IMG/VR virus record: IMGVR_UViG_3300032038_000077
Location: 708-64,707 of that record
DNA from: a virus
Direction: 5' to 3' (one strand)
DNA: 64,000 nt
Shown here: positions 50,194 to 60,884 of the stretch, in pieces
Numbering within the stretch: the first letter of the stretch is position 1
How the letters are laid out: each line of letters begins with the position of its first letter
Program-made: the position numbers and the translations under genes
The notes under the pieces: generated by a model
Told to the model about the DNA's origin: nothing
Databases searched by the model: none
Seen by the model: only the letters and a program-made list of their open reading frames with translations

Positions 50194-50780
50194 ATGGACG
50201 AAAATGTTATCGCCGCATATGAGGTGGTGAAAGACCGTTACAACAAAAAGCATAAGGTGTTCTCGGTGCGGTTCAAAGATATTCAGACGGTAACGAAATT
50301 CACGGAAACTTACAGCCCGGAATATTTCGGAGCTTATCTTATTGCCCCGGTTGTGGGCGAAGATGGCCGTGTTGAACACGATGCTGATGGCAAGATCAAT
50401 TACGACAACGGATTCTACGATGACCTCTTAGAGATTGTCGAGCTTGCACTTGACGGCAGAGAGACAAGAGAACAGATCAACGAATGGCTTGATATGCGTG
50501 TAGCAGAGCAAATTGTTATGAAGTTCCTTGGCTTATCGCAGTTCAAAAAAAAAGTGAAGTAAAAGAAGACGTGAAGTGGCGTAACTTGTTTGCGTCCATC
50601 GTTGCTAATACATCGTTAACCATGAAGGATATTGCAGACTTGCGTATCAATGAAATGGAAGAACTGCTTATCGGGTTAAACGAAAACGCGGAAGCGGAAC
50701 GGAAAGAATTGGAAGGTAATCGTGAAGGTCATGTCATCGAGGGCGCGGATGCTATTCACGCATTAATCGGCGACAGATAA
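50194..50780 (+). CDS. Tail assembly chaperones G/GT with programmed -1 frameshift
   Basis: ORF 50194-50562 ends with an A9 run (50545-50553); the -1 frame is open into 50571-50780; upstream of the tape measure gene. Confidence 0.8.
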
Positions 50781-50874
50781 AATAAAAACCCGTGATGCGA
50801 AATGCACCACGGGCGAAAGGAAAGATTACTTGATTGAGTATGTATAGTATAACATGTGCGGTGACAGATTGCAA
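50781..50874 (-). ncRNA. Antisense promoter-terminator mini-unit (about 60 nt RNA)
   Basis: Minus strand TTGCAA-17 bp-TATACT with TG; RNA ends in CCCGTG/CACGGG + TTTTTATTTT. Confidence 0.55.
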
Positions 50875-50905
50875 GACCGCGTGACGATAGAAGGGATATG
50901 ATTCT

Positions 50906-53900
50906 ATGGCAGACAGTACAAAGCCGGTCGGTGAAGAGCTTGTAATCAACGTCACCGCAGACGCGTCGAAAGCAAATAAAACTATCGAAGATGTTTCCGG
51001 TAAGCTAAAAGAGCTTGCCGACAAAGAAACGAAAGTTAAGATTGGTGCAGACACAAGCGCGTTTGACAAAGGCATTGCCGATGTTCAGAAGAAACTTGGT
51101 AATCTGGCAAACGGCAAGGCTCCTAAGATTAAACTGGACGTCAATGCTGACACAAGTAACGCACAAAAATCTATCGGCAAACTTACAAATCGGCAGGGTT
51201 ATGTTGTTATCAAAGTTCATGCCGATCTTGATAATGTAAAGAAGACACTTGCTAATATTAAACTAGACAAGGGTCTTGTCTTTGCCGATGCGGATACCGA
51301 TCAGCGTATTCGCAAGGTTTCCGAACAATTACAACTTGTGCATGACTTGCAAGCATTGGCGGCACAACACGGCGGTAAGATTAACATAGATGGAAACGTT
51401 GTTGGTCAGCAAGCGTTATCGAAATGGGAATCTGAATTAAGCGGATTCTTAAAACGCGTTGACGAAATGTCGGCAAAGAATCGTGACAAAATATACAACG
51501 ACTCCATTGCAAAAGCCGACAAGATGTATAAGGCGATTCAGGAACGCGCAAAGGAAATTAACACGATTCCGGAGCTTGCCAAAGATGTTGCAAGCGAAAG
51601 CTCGTTCGATAAAAAGATTGCCAAACAGAAGAAGGATATTGCCGATCTCGCTGATTTTATCAAAGAACGCAATGAGGAACTTGAACGTATCGGCGCGAAG
51701 AAGATTCCCGTTAGAAGTTATAACACGAATAAGTATGCGCCTAGCCAAGATTATGCGACTTATGCAAAAGCGGATATTGAGGCGAAACGTCTTGCCGACG
51801 CGGTAAAGGAATACCAGAAACTTGCGAAGATCATGGAGCAGTTGGGCAACTCGTTCACTGAAAGATCGTCCGAAATTAACGAGCATAAGTATGGCAGATA
51901 TGCTAACCGCGCACAAGAAACTATCGCACGGTCGCGAGAACTGGAAGCAATGTATGGCGACATTGCTACGCGTGCCGGTGTTGGTGTTATCCCTAAGACA
52001 TCGCCATATCTCAATGCGGAAGGTAAAAACAATTATTCTGTATATAAATCAGAATATGATAATGCGAAACTTGTAGAGCAGGCGGCAAAGGATTACGAGA
52101 AAGTCCGTGACCGTCTCAATAAAGCACTCTATCAAAGCGTCACATTAGGCAAGGAAGAATACGAGAACCTTATCAAGACAGGCAGGGCGGCAGAGACAGT
52201 TCTTAATATGAATAACGCACTGCCGAAAAATCGTATTGATCTTGACCGCTCTCATAATGATTTCCTTCGTGATCGTATTGATTACAATGCAACGAACTGG
52301 TCTAAGATTCCGATTCAGAACTACGATGCAGAATTATCGCGTTTAAGTAGAGACAAACGTACAATGTATGTTGAGTGGAAAACAACGGGCGATGAGCGTT
52401 ATCTTAAAACCCTTGGTAATATCCTTGTTGCGGAAAGAGCGGTCAAAGAGCAACAAGACGCAATGAATACGGCGTTGCTCACGTCGGATACGATTGCCGG
52501 TCGTTTTGGGCAAAAACTTCACAGTCATTTAAACTGGATTGCCGCAGGTACTTTCTTGGGCGTGGCGTTCTCAATCCCTGCCGCCGCCATCAAATCCCTT
52601 GTTGATACTGATGAACAGTTACACAACTTAGGCACGGTTATGCGAGAGTTAGAAGGTGGTGCGGCTGGCGAAGCTACGACATTCCAAAACTTTTCAGACT
52701 CTATGCGAACTGGAATTGTTACGACACTCAACGAACAAGCCGACGCAATGGATAGGCTTGCTAAACAGTCGGAAGATAACGGCACAGATGAAGAGGCACA
52801 AAGGTTCCGTGACCTTGCAAGCTCAATGAGAGAATCTGCTCCGGTAATAAAAGAGCAGGCCGACGAAATGGAGAGGCTTGCAAAGCAAACAGAAGAAGCA
52901 GGTAAGGCACATTCGTCTGGGCAAGCACAGAACATGAAGCGCGTTAGCGAAGAATTTAAAGAGCTTGCTAAGGTATCTCACAACTACGCTATCAGCAACA
53001 AAGAGGTATTGGATTCCGCTCGTCTTTGGGGTCGTATGTACAAAGACATTGATACGGTTAATGTCCTCGTGTCGCAGTCTGCAAAACTGGCAGTAGCAGA
53101 TAACTTCTCGATGGAAGAATCTACCCGTGCAGTCGAAGCCGCGATGTTCCAGTTTGGTATGACGGCTCGTTCTGCCGGTGAAGCGGTCGCATACTCTAAT
53201 CGCATCGTTGATGTTTATACGAAACTATCCCATAATGCCGGTGTATCCGCACAGGACTTAGCGCGTGGTGTTGAGCGTTCCGGTTCTGTTGCGCATCAGG
53301 CAGGTATTAGTTTTGAGTTCTTAACCGCGTTAATTGCACAAGGCACGCGTGCTACGGCATTAAGTGGTCAGGAAATTGGTAACATGTTGAAAACGGCAAT
53401 CGGTTCTTTCCGAAGCAAGAAAGCCGTTGCCGAATTAAATAAACTTGGTATCGCAATTAAAACTGTTGGTGAAGATGGACAAGAGCATTTCCGTTCCGCG
53501 CAGGAAATCTTAGTTGAGGTTGCCACTAAAGCACAAACAACTAACATGGACTTGCAGGAACTCTGGAAACAAATGTCCGGTGGTAAATTCCAGTGGTCAA
53601 AGATGGCGGCTATGTTCTCTGATTACAAAGAGATTATTAAGAACTGGGGCATGGCCATTCAGTCGCAGGGATTTACCGATGAACAGATTAAAACGCAGAT
53701 GGACTCCATCAGCAACCGCGCAAAGCAGTTGAAGAATGACCTTGAATCTATCGTTATCAATGGCGGCAATAGCGGTATCTCGCAGTTCCTTAAAAACTTA
53801 GTAACTACTCTTGACCGTATCGTTAGACTGGCTGATTATGTTGGCAACTCTATAGTCGGTTCTATTGGCGCATTTATGGCGCAAGCATACGCGTTATCTT

Positions 53901-56900
53901 ATCTTTGGAAAAATCTGAAAAAGTTCTGGGGTAAGATTAGAGATTACAAAGATGTCCGTAAGGCAACGGGTGAAGCGGAAGAAAGAACCAAATCCGATCA
54001 GGCCGACGCAAAAGAAAAGACGGATGCCAAGGTAGAGAAAACCGTAGACACCTCTTCGTCAAATACAAAGGCTCAATCTGAACGCAACGATGCTAATGCG
54101 ACGAATGAATCTACTGCGGCTAATAACAATAACGCTAAATCGGCAGAGGCAGAGGCGGGCGCAAAGGCTAGAGCCGCAACGACGGCGCAGGAAAAAGCCG
54201 GTGCGGAAAGTACTGATTCGGCAAGCACATCACAAAACACTAGTTCGACTAATGCCAATACTGGCGCAACAAATGGGAACACTGGTTCTAAGCGAGCGAA
54301 CTCTTCTGCTAATATGCAGAACGCGTCTACGGAAGGTGTGGATTCGGCGGCTAAAACGCAGAATACTGCATCGACTAATGCTAATACTACATCTAAGAAT
54401 GTTAACACCGCATCAACAAAAGCAGGTACGGCGGCAAACATCGCAAGCGCATCGTCACTAACCCGTTTGTCGATAAGTACAAGAATGTTTGCTACTGCAA
54501 CAAGAGGCTTGTCGGTTGCGACCCGTGGTCTGCGTGTTGCATTGACCGGCGTTAGAGCGGTTTTGATGCGCATTAATTTAACGCCAGAACTTATCGCCTT
54601 TACTATTCTTACAGAAATCATCGCCAATCTTGCGGAGAAGTTTGATTGGTTTGGCGACAAGCAAGCGGAAATGGCGGCCAATCAAGCCGACTATGTTGCA
54701 TCACTGGAACAACAGTCACAAGCGTTAGATCAAGAGAAAGACTTTGTTGATTCTCTTTTAAAAGCGCATGAGGAATTTGACAACGCCCTTGCCAATGAAA
54801 CGGAAGGAACTGAACGTTATAATCAGATTCTTGAAAACCGTGGTGAGACGGAACGGCAGGTTGGTAATGTTGTTTCGGAAGAGACATTGAAATACTTAGA
54901 GGAAAATAATTGGTCTAAGGAATCAATGAACGAAGTGTCTAAAACACACACCGAAATGATTAATGAGAAGAAGAAAAAGATCGCGGAAGATATTGGTAGC
55001 ATTACAGAACATGCGGCAACAACATTTACAACTGCCGCTAGTAATGTTAAAGTTTACCAAGCGGAAAAAGATGCTTTCCTTGAAGGTAAAGAATTGCAAC
55101 TTGAAGGACTAAGCATTTTGCAGAAAGCTATTATTGAGTTTTCAAGATTTTTGGCCGGTGTTTTTAATTGGATTGGTGATAAGCTCGCGCCAACAGAAGC
55201 GATAAATAGAATCAAGGCAACGATAGAAAAGTATCCAGAACTCGCCGAAGGCGGTAACACAATACTTAATGCGTTAGGTATTCAGAAAGATATTAGCGAC
55301 TTCTTTTACAATAGAGCCAAGGATGCCGAAGGTTGGGGCGCAAAACAGTATCAAGATGCTATTGACGGGCAACTCAAAGACATGCGCGATGCACATAATA
55401 TGATGTTGCGATTCAATGCAAAGCCCCCGACAATCGGCGGTGATGTTGATTATGGCGGCGGTGGCGGCGGTTCTAAATTCGGTGGTGGTGTAAAAACTGC
55501 ACCGAACAAACCGGACGTATCTCTTATTCCTAAAGAAGATTCAGCTAAGTTCTCTGCTATTAAGTCAGCGGTCGATCAAATCAATAGCCTTGCCGGTCAG
55601 CAATTAGAAACGTTAAAAGCGGCACAAGAGTCTTGGGGTGCAACCGCCAATAATACGATGGCGATTGATAACATCTACAAGAATCAGCAGGCGCAACTCA
55701 AAGCACAACTCAAACAGTTGGATAGTGTTGAGAAAGACATTTCTGAAAAAGCTAACGGCTTATACGATGGTTCGACAAAGTTAACCTATACAGGTGGCGG
55801 CTCGTTTATCGGTGCAGGTTCAGGCAACGTTAATCTAAATGGCGGTAGCCCTTATCTTTGGGACATTGCAAACAGAGCATCAAGCATGTTATCTGGTCGC
55901 GGTGTAAACATTAATCCTGCTTTCTTGTATGGACAGATGATGCACGAGACGACGCGCGGCACAGATCAGACCGCACTTAAAAACAACAACCTTGCCGGTA
56001 TGGGTGGCGGCCACGAAGTTCCTTATGATACGATTGAGGACTTTTTAAAAATCTATGTCAATACCATCGCAAATGAACCCGGTATTCAAAATGTCACAAC
56101 CGCTAGGGAATTTGTTCACGCATTAAAAGCGGGTAGCTATTTTGAAGACGACGAAAATCTGTATGCAACCGATGTAGAAGGTATTATTAATGAGCTTGGC
56201 GATGCTCCGGGCGAAATGGTATCTGACATTGGTGCATATATTGTTCAATCTGCAAACGAAAAACTCACGTCCGGTGAGATTGCAAAAGAATGGACTGGTT
56301 CTCTTGGCGACGATGTTCATGGTTGGTGCGATGATTTTACTCATTATATCTACGAGACGGTCTTTAATTCCCTTGGCAGACAAAACCCGCTTGGCTCTGG
56401 TGTTGTAAACGACAAGAACTTTAAATCTCTTGGCGCATATCATCCGGTCGGTGACGGGTATGTCCCGCAGTTAGGTGACTTGGTTGATTGGGCAGGACAT
56501 GTTGGTATTTATATGGGCAATGGTAAATACCTTGCGCGAAATACTAGCGGCGTTCATATTGGTGATATAAGCGAGGGCGAAGGGTATGGCTTTGGTGCTT
56601 TCCACGGTTATGGTTCTATTGCAGAAGCAACCGGTTCTTCCGGGATGGTCACGCCACGCACTATCATTATCCCAGACCTGAAAGGATTAGAGGTTTCGCA
56701 GGAAGAGTGGAACAACCTTGATATCAACGGCAAGCGCGAACTTGTTAATTCTAAAAAAGATAAAATCGCTAACGGCGAAGCATTACTTAAAGCACTTGAC
56801 GAAGCAAACCAGATGGAAATGTATCGTCAGCAGTTGGCATTAAAGGCGATGAAACTGGAACGTGAACGCATCAAGGCTCTTATCGAAAACACGAAGAAAG

Positions 56901-59152
56901 AAGTCGAATACGTTGTCCAGAATATGGAATATGCAAACAACGCATATCTCACAGAGAAAGGACTTAATGCAACGTCCTCTCTCAAAGATTCGTTAAAAGC
57001 GAATGTTCTGGAACGTAGGCTCAAAGAGATGGAATCTCGTGCGGTACGATTCACAAAAGGTACACTCGGTGATAAAGAGTGGGCTGACGCGATGAATAAG
57101 GTTCGCATGGAACTCGATCAGACGAAAGAAGCGTTCATCAACGCATCGTATACGGAAGATAAGGAAGCATACGAGCGTAGAGCCAAACGTAGAAACGCAA
57201 CGGCAATGCGCGGTCAAGGTGCATGGGATAGCTATAATATTCGTCAAGGCTTTTCGATTCGTGATGCAGAAGCAGAGATTGAACGGTTAACTCGCAAGCT
57301 CGATCAGTTGAGACACGACACAACCACGAAAGATATCAAGGCGATTGAGGAAACGGAAAACGCGTTACTCGAAGCGAAGAAGAAACTTCTTGATGTACAA
57401 CAGGATTACAACAAGAAAGTTATTAAGGGTTGGTACGATCTCACCGATCAGATTCTCATGAAAGGCAAAACGTTTGAGGATGTGCTTGCCGATCTTTGGC
57501 GTCAGCTTGGTGAAGACGCACTCAAACTTTTGTTCCATCAGGATATCGGCGAAGGTTCGTTCTTCTCTAAACTCTTGGGCTACGGTAAACCGAAGGAAGC
57601 ACAGAATACATACAATGCCGGACTTGATGCAAATGCGCTTGGCATGGATGCAAACAAGATTCTGGATAATAGCAATCGTATTAGCGGCGGCTATTCTTTC
57701 GATCAGTTCCGTCAGCTTAACTATAATCAGTATGCGCCGTTTGATTCGTTCTCATTCTTAATGGGCAAGATTGCGGGTGCAAGCGGAAACACGACACCAA
57801 CAATAGATCAAAAGAAATATGAGAACGATAAAGCGTATCTCACAAAGAACGGATTCAGTGCAGAGAACGCCGATCTTGAATTGCTCAAAGTCGCGGGTTA
57901 CAAGGATTACTTCAAACATAGATACGAAAACGACATCAAGTATCTGATGAACAATGGCTATAGCAAAGCCGATGCAACAAAACAGATTGATGCGATGCCG
58001 GTCTATAAAGAGTTGAAGAAGATTCTTGCCGAAGAGGATGCGAAGAAAAAAGCCGATCAAAGGCAGTCCAACGATACGAAGAATAAAAACACCGATGCCC
58101 TTACGCAAACGAACAACGCGCTTGTGGATAACACGCAGGCGACGAAAGAATTAACCAATGCGGTTAACAATGCGACAAATGGTACAATGGGAGTAGGTGC
58201 AGGAAATGGTACAGAAACCAATACCGGTGTGTCGGGTAATGTCGCGAAAGAGGAAGAGACAACTATTGCCGATCTCGCAAAGGATAATGGAAACTTTACT
58301 TCTTTGGAACAGTTCAATGAAAAAAGTAAAGCTCCGGCCAATGCGAATAACAATAGCCCATACTCTTTCAATTCTAACCAATTCGATATTGCTAATCAGG
58401 TTGGTAAACTGCATGATGCGCTTGATCGTTCGACGTTAATTACAAGTAAAAATACGGAAGCTAATGTCAAGAATACGGAAGGTGTAGACAAGTCCACGTC
58501 AACCGTAGCAGGCACGGCTACAAAGATTGGTGGTTGGCTTGGTGCTCTTGGTGGATTGATCGGCGGCAAGGCAGGCAAGACCGTTTCTATTCTTGGTGGC
58601 ATAGCAAGTGCGTTCGGATTGTTCGGCGGTGGCGGTAAATCTAACGGCGGTATCTTAGGGTTCGCTAATGGTGGATTACCGGCAGGACGTATCAATGGTG
58701 CAGGTACAGGCAGAAGCGATAGCATCTTAGCTTACCTTGCCAATAAGGGACAGTTTGTCATGCTTTCCAATGGTGAGTATGTTATCAATGAGAAATCAGC
58801 TAAAGCACTTGGTTACGATACTCTTGATTCGCTTAACCATTATGCCGATGGTGGTTCGATTAATCCGACGCCATACGTCCCGACGATTACGCCGTCTGTC
58901 CAGTCAAAAGCACTTGCTTACACGGCAAGCGGTAATTACGGCGCACAGACTACAGACCTCTTGCGTCAGCAGAATACGCAGATGAGAGAACAAACGAAAC
59001 TTATGCGCGGCATGGGACAGGGACAGGGCGGTAGTTCTGTTGTTGTTCTTAATACGCACGCTAGCTCCGATGATGTCATTCGTGCGCTGAATGAGAATCC
59101 GCGTGCAGTACAGGCAATCCTTGGCAGACAGGAACGTATGGGATTTAGATAA
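50906..59152 (+). CDS. Tape measure protein with peptidoglycan-hydrolase-like domains
   Basis: 2748 aa; TP901-type domain; QMMHET...NNLAGM glucosaminidase-like and WCDDF...GHVGIY NlpC/P60-like segments; C-terminal FANGG...NGEYVIN. Confidence 0.93.
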   Translation: MADSTKPVGEELVINVTADASKANKTIEDVSGKLKELADKETKVKIGADTSAFDKGIADVQKKLGNLANGKAPKIKLDVNADTSNAQKSIGKLTNRQGYVVIKVHADLDNVKKTLANIKLDKGLVFADADTDQRIRKVSEQLQLVHDLQALAAQHGGKINIDGNVVGQQALSKWESELSGFLKRVDEMSAKNRDKIYNDSIAKADKMYKAIQERAKEINTIPELAKDVASESSFDKKIAKQKKDIADLADFIKERNEELERIGAKKIPVRSYNTNKYAPSQDYATYAKADIEAKRLADAVKEYQKLAKIMEQLGNSFTERSSEINEHKYGRYANRAQETIARSRELEAMYGDIATRAGVGVIPKTSPYLNAEGKNNYSVYKSEYDNAKLVEQAAKDYEKVRDRLNKALYQSVTLGKEEYENLIKTGRAAETVLNMNNALPKNRIDLDRSHNDFLRDRIDYNATNWSKIPIQNYDAELSRLSRDKRTMYVEWKTTGDERYLKTLGNILVAERAVKEQQDAMNTALLTSDTIAGRFGQKLHSHLNWIAAGTFLGVAFSIPAAAIKSLVDTDEQLHNLGTVMRELEGGAAGEATTFQNFSDSMRTGIVTTLNEQADAMDRLAKQSEDNGTDEEAQRFRDLASSMRESAPVIKEQADEMERLAKQTEEAGKAHSSGQAQNMKRVSEEFKELAKVSHNYAISNKEVLDSARLWGRMYKDIDTVNVLVSQSAKLAVADNFSMEESTRAVEAAMFQFGMTARSAGEAVAYSNRIVDVYTKLSHNAGVSAQDLARGVERSGSVAHQAGISFEFLTALIAQGTRATALSGQEIGNMLKTAIGSFRSKKAVAELNKLGIAIKTVGEDGQEHFRSAQEILVEVATKAQTTNMDLQELWKQMSGGKFQWSKMAAMFSDYKEIIKNWGMAIQSQGFTDEQIKTQMDSISNRAKQLKNDLESIVINGGNSGISQFLKNLVTTLDRIVRLADYVGNSIVGSIGAFMAQAYALSYLWKNLKKFWGKIRDYKDVRKATGEAEERTKSDQADAKEKTDAKVEKTVDTSSSNTKAQSERNDANATNESTAANNNNAKSAEAEAGAKARAATTAQEKAGAESTDSASTSQNTSSTNANTGATNGNTGSKRANSSANMQNASTEGVDSAAKTQNTASTNANTTSKNVNTASTKAGTAANIASASSLTRLSISTRMFATATRGLSVATRGLRVALTGVRAVLMRINLTPELIAFTILTEIIANLAEKFDWFGDKQAEMAANQADYVASLEQQSQALDQEKDFVDSLLKAHEEFDNALANETEGTERYNQILENRGETERQVGNVVSEETLKYLEENNWSKESMNEVSKTHTEMINEKKKKIAEDIGSITEHAATTFTTAASNVKVYQAEKDAFLEGKELQLEGLSILQKAIIEFSRFLAGVFNWIGDKLAPTEAINRIKATIEKYPELAEGGNTILNALGIQKDISDFFYNRAKDAEGWGAKQYQDAIDGQLKDMRDAHNMMLRFNAKPPTIGGDVDYGGGGGGSKFGGGVKTAPNKPDVSLIPKEDSAKFSAIKSAVDQINSLAGQQLETLKAAQESWGATANNTMAIDNIYKNQQAQLKAQLKQLDSVEKDISEKANGLYDGSTKLTYTGGGSFIGAGSGNVNLNGGSPYLWDIANRASSMLSGRGVNINPAFLYGQMMHETTRGTDQTALKNNNLAGMGGGHEVPYDTIEDFLKIYVNTIANEPGIQNVTTAREFVHALKAGSYFEDDENLYATDVEGIINELGDAPGEMVSDIGAYIVQSANEKLTSGEIAKEWTGSLGDDVHGWCDDFTHYIYETVFNSLGRQNPLGSGVVNDKNFKSLGAYHPVGDGYVPQLGDLVDWAGHVGIYMGNGKYLARNTSGVHIGDISEGEGYGFGAFHGYGSIAEATGSSGMVTPRTIIIPDLKGLEVSQEEWNNLDINGKRELVNSKKDKIANGEALLKALDEANQMEMYRQQLALKAMKLERERIKALIENTKKEVEYVVQNMEYANNAYLTEKGLNATSSLKDSLKANVLERRLKEMESRAVRFTKGTLGDKEWADAMNKVRMELDQTKEAFINASYTEDKEAYERRAKRRNATAMRGQGAWDSYNIRQGFSIRDAEAEIERLTRKLDQLRHDTTTKDIKAIEETENALLEAKKKLLDVQQDYNKKVIKGWYDLTDQILMKGKTFEDVLADLWRQLGEDALKLLFHQDIGEGSFFSKLLGYGKPKEAQNTYNAGLDANALGMDANKILDNSNRISGGYSFDQFRQLNYNQYAPFDSFSFLMGKIAGASGNTTPTIDQKKYENDKAYLTKNGFSAENADLELLKVAGYKDYFKHRYENDIKYLMNNGYSKADATKQIDAMPVYKELKKILAEEDAKKKADQRQSNDTKNKNTDALTQTNNALVDNTQATKELTNAVNNATNGTMGVGAGNGTETNTGVSGNVAKEEETTIADLAKDNGNFTSLEQFNEKSKAPANANNNSPYSFNSNQFDIANQVGKLHDALDRSTLITSKNTEANVKNTEGVDKSTSTVAGTATKIGGWLGALGGLIGGKAGKTVSILGGIASAFGLFGGGGKSNGGILGFANGGLPAGRINGAGTGRSDSILAYLANKGQFVMLSNGEYVINEKSAKALGYDTLDSLNHYADGGSINPTPYVPTITPSVQSKALAYTASGNYGAQTTDLLRQQNTQMREQTKLMRGMGQGQGGSSVVVLNTHASSDDVIRALNENPRAVQAILGRQERMGFR

Positions 59153-59271
59153 CAGAATAAATACAATGTAAGAAGTTACGGGCAAAATACGATGACTTCT
59201 TTTCTTATGTGTGAAAATCAAGCGACGAGCCGTGATAGCCGGTATATTAAACGATAGGAAAGGGGATAGCA

Positions 59272-59733
59272 ATGAAAGAGAACATTAACAAGTATGTCGG
59301 TATACCGCATCGCTTTATGCAATCCAGTTTCGATGGGTGTGATTGCCTTGGATTGATTAAGTTATTTTATCGTGAGCATGGCAATCCACTTGAATTTGAC
59401 GACGGCGGTTTTGAGATTACGAGAGATAACTACGCAACGCTTCCGGTGTGGCGCAGACTGTTCCGCTATCTCCATAAAACGTGCGATAAGATTGAGAACG
59501 ACGGTGACATTCAGTTCGGTGATATCATCGTGTTCCGCATCAATGACTGTGAGCATTTAGCGATTGCGATTGATAGCTATGGACGGGTGCTTGCTATGCA
59601 AGTTCCGGAAGAAGAGGGTAAGACGACTTCCATGATCTATCATCGGTCACTGTGGAAGCATGTACAACATATGATCTTTAGAAAGAAAGGCGGTGGAATC
59701 TATGGAAACATTAGTGCTTGTGCCGAGAGGTGA
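59272..59733 (+). CDS. NlpC/P60 tail protein (lambda gpK-like)
   Basis: GCDCLGL...GDIIVF...HLAI. Confidence 0.8.
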   Translation: MKENINKYVGIPHRFMQSSFDGCDCLGLIKLFYREHGNPLEFDDGGFEITRDNYATLPVWRRLFRYLHKTCDKIENDGDIQFGDIIVFRINDCEHLAIAIDSYGRVLAMQVPEEEGKTTSMIYHRSLWKHVQHMIFRKKGGGIYGNISACAER

Positions 59734-60061
59734 AGTAACAGAAGGACATGACTATGGAAACCGTACCGTCTCATTTGAAAACGGTGTAAAGCAGAATCAG
59801 AGAATATGGACGAAGCCGCGCAAAACTTATTCGTTCTCAACGCAGGGCGACAAGACAATGAAAAAATATCTGGAAAACTTCATTGATGCACGGTTCGGTA
59901 ATCACGAGCCGTTCTATTGGGAATACGACGATGAAGTTCATCGTGTTCGCTTTGCCGATTCTAAGTTAGATATTGTTGCGGTGCGTGGCTATGGTGGAAC
60001 AGGTACTGTAGGGTACAAAGTCAATGTCTCTTTGGAAGAGTTAAAGGATAGCGAGGGTTAA
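59702..60061 (+). CDS. Minor tail protein (lambda gpM-like)
   Basis: FIDARFG...PFYW...VRF. Confidence 0.7.
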   Translation: METLVLVPRGEVTEGHDYGNRTVSFENGVKQNQRIWTKPRKTYSFSTQGDKTMKKYLENFIDARFGNHEPFYWEYDDEVHRVRFADSKLDIVAVRGYGGTGTVGYKVNVSLEELKDSEG

Positions 60062-60066
60062 TGTAA

Positions 60067-60864
60067 ATGGCGATTGTATTACCAGTGAGTATGCAAAAGA
60101 TGAAAGAGTCTAATGAGACCTTCTTCATTGAGTTATACTCCATTGATATGCCGTCAGGTATTGTTAACCTTGCGGCGACAGACGAAGACATTGTTTACAA
60201 TGGCATCACGTTTACGGCAGTACCGTTCAAGCGTCAGTCTATTACAAAGTCGATGGATAATATCACAGACTCATGTGAGATTTCCATGTCAGATGTTAGC
60301 GATCAATTACTTGCCTATGTTACGAATGGTTGGGATTTTCGCGGTGCGATCTGCACCATCGTGCGCATCCAGTATCCGGATAGTTTGCGCGACCCTAGCA
60401 TTGTCCAGTGGGTATTTACCGGCAGGGTTGACGAACCGGCCTTTTCGCAAGGAACGTTTACTTGCCGATTAACACAAGTGTTCCCGGAAATTCAATGCCC
60501 GAACCGTTCTTATCAGCTTAATTGCAATAGTCGTTTCGGTGATAATGAGTGTGGTATGTCTCTTGCATCGGAAAATGTTTCCATTATCGGCGCATCGGGA
60601 AACACGGTCATATTAAACAAAAGCTATGCCAATAACTATTGGTTGCACGGTGTAATCACGGTAGGCGGTGAGTCTCGTAACATTGAGAAACAAGTAGGTT
60701 CTGCTCTTACACTCAATGTAAACTTCTTGCAGGAACCAATCATTGGCAAGGCGGCAAATCTGATTCGTGGTTGTAATAAAACAACTACGGATTGCAGACG
60801 GTTTAATAATCTTCGGCACTATAGCGGATTCCCTGCTATTCCGTTTGAAGCAACGTATCGTTAA
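60067..60864 (+). CDS. Minor tail protein (gpL/DUF2163-like)
   Basis: C...C...GCNKT..DC..FNN...YSGFPAIP Fe-S-type motif. Confidence 0.8.
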   Translation: MAIVLPVSMQKMKESNETFFIELYSIDMPSGIVNLAATDEDIVYNGITFTAVPFKRQSITKSMDNITDSCEISMSDVSDQLLAYVTNGWDFRGAICTIVRIQYPDSLRDPSIVQWVFTGRVDEPAFSQGTFTCRLTQVFPEIQCPNRSYQLNCNSRFGDNECGMSLASENVSIIGASGNTVILNKSYANNYWLHGVITVGGESRNIEKQVGSALTLNVNFLQEPIIGKAANLIRGCNKTTTDCRRFNNLRHYSGFPAIPFEATYR

Positions 60865-60884
60865 TGGAAGGTGGTGAATGATAC

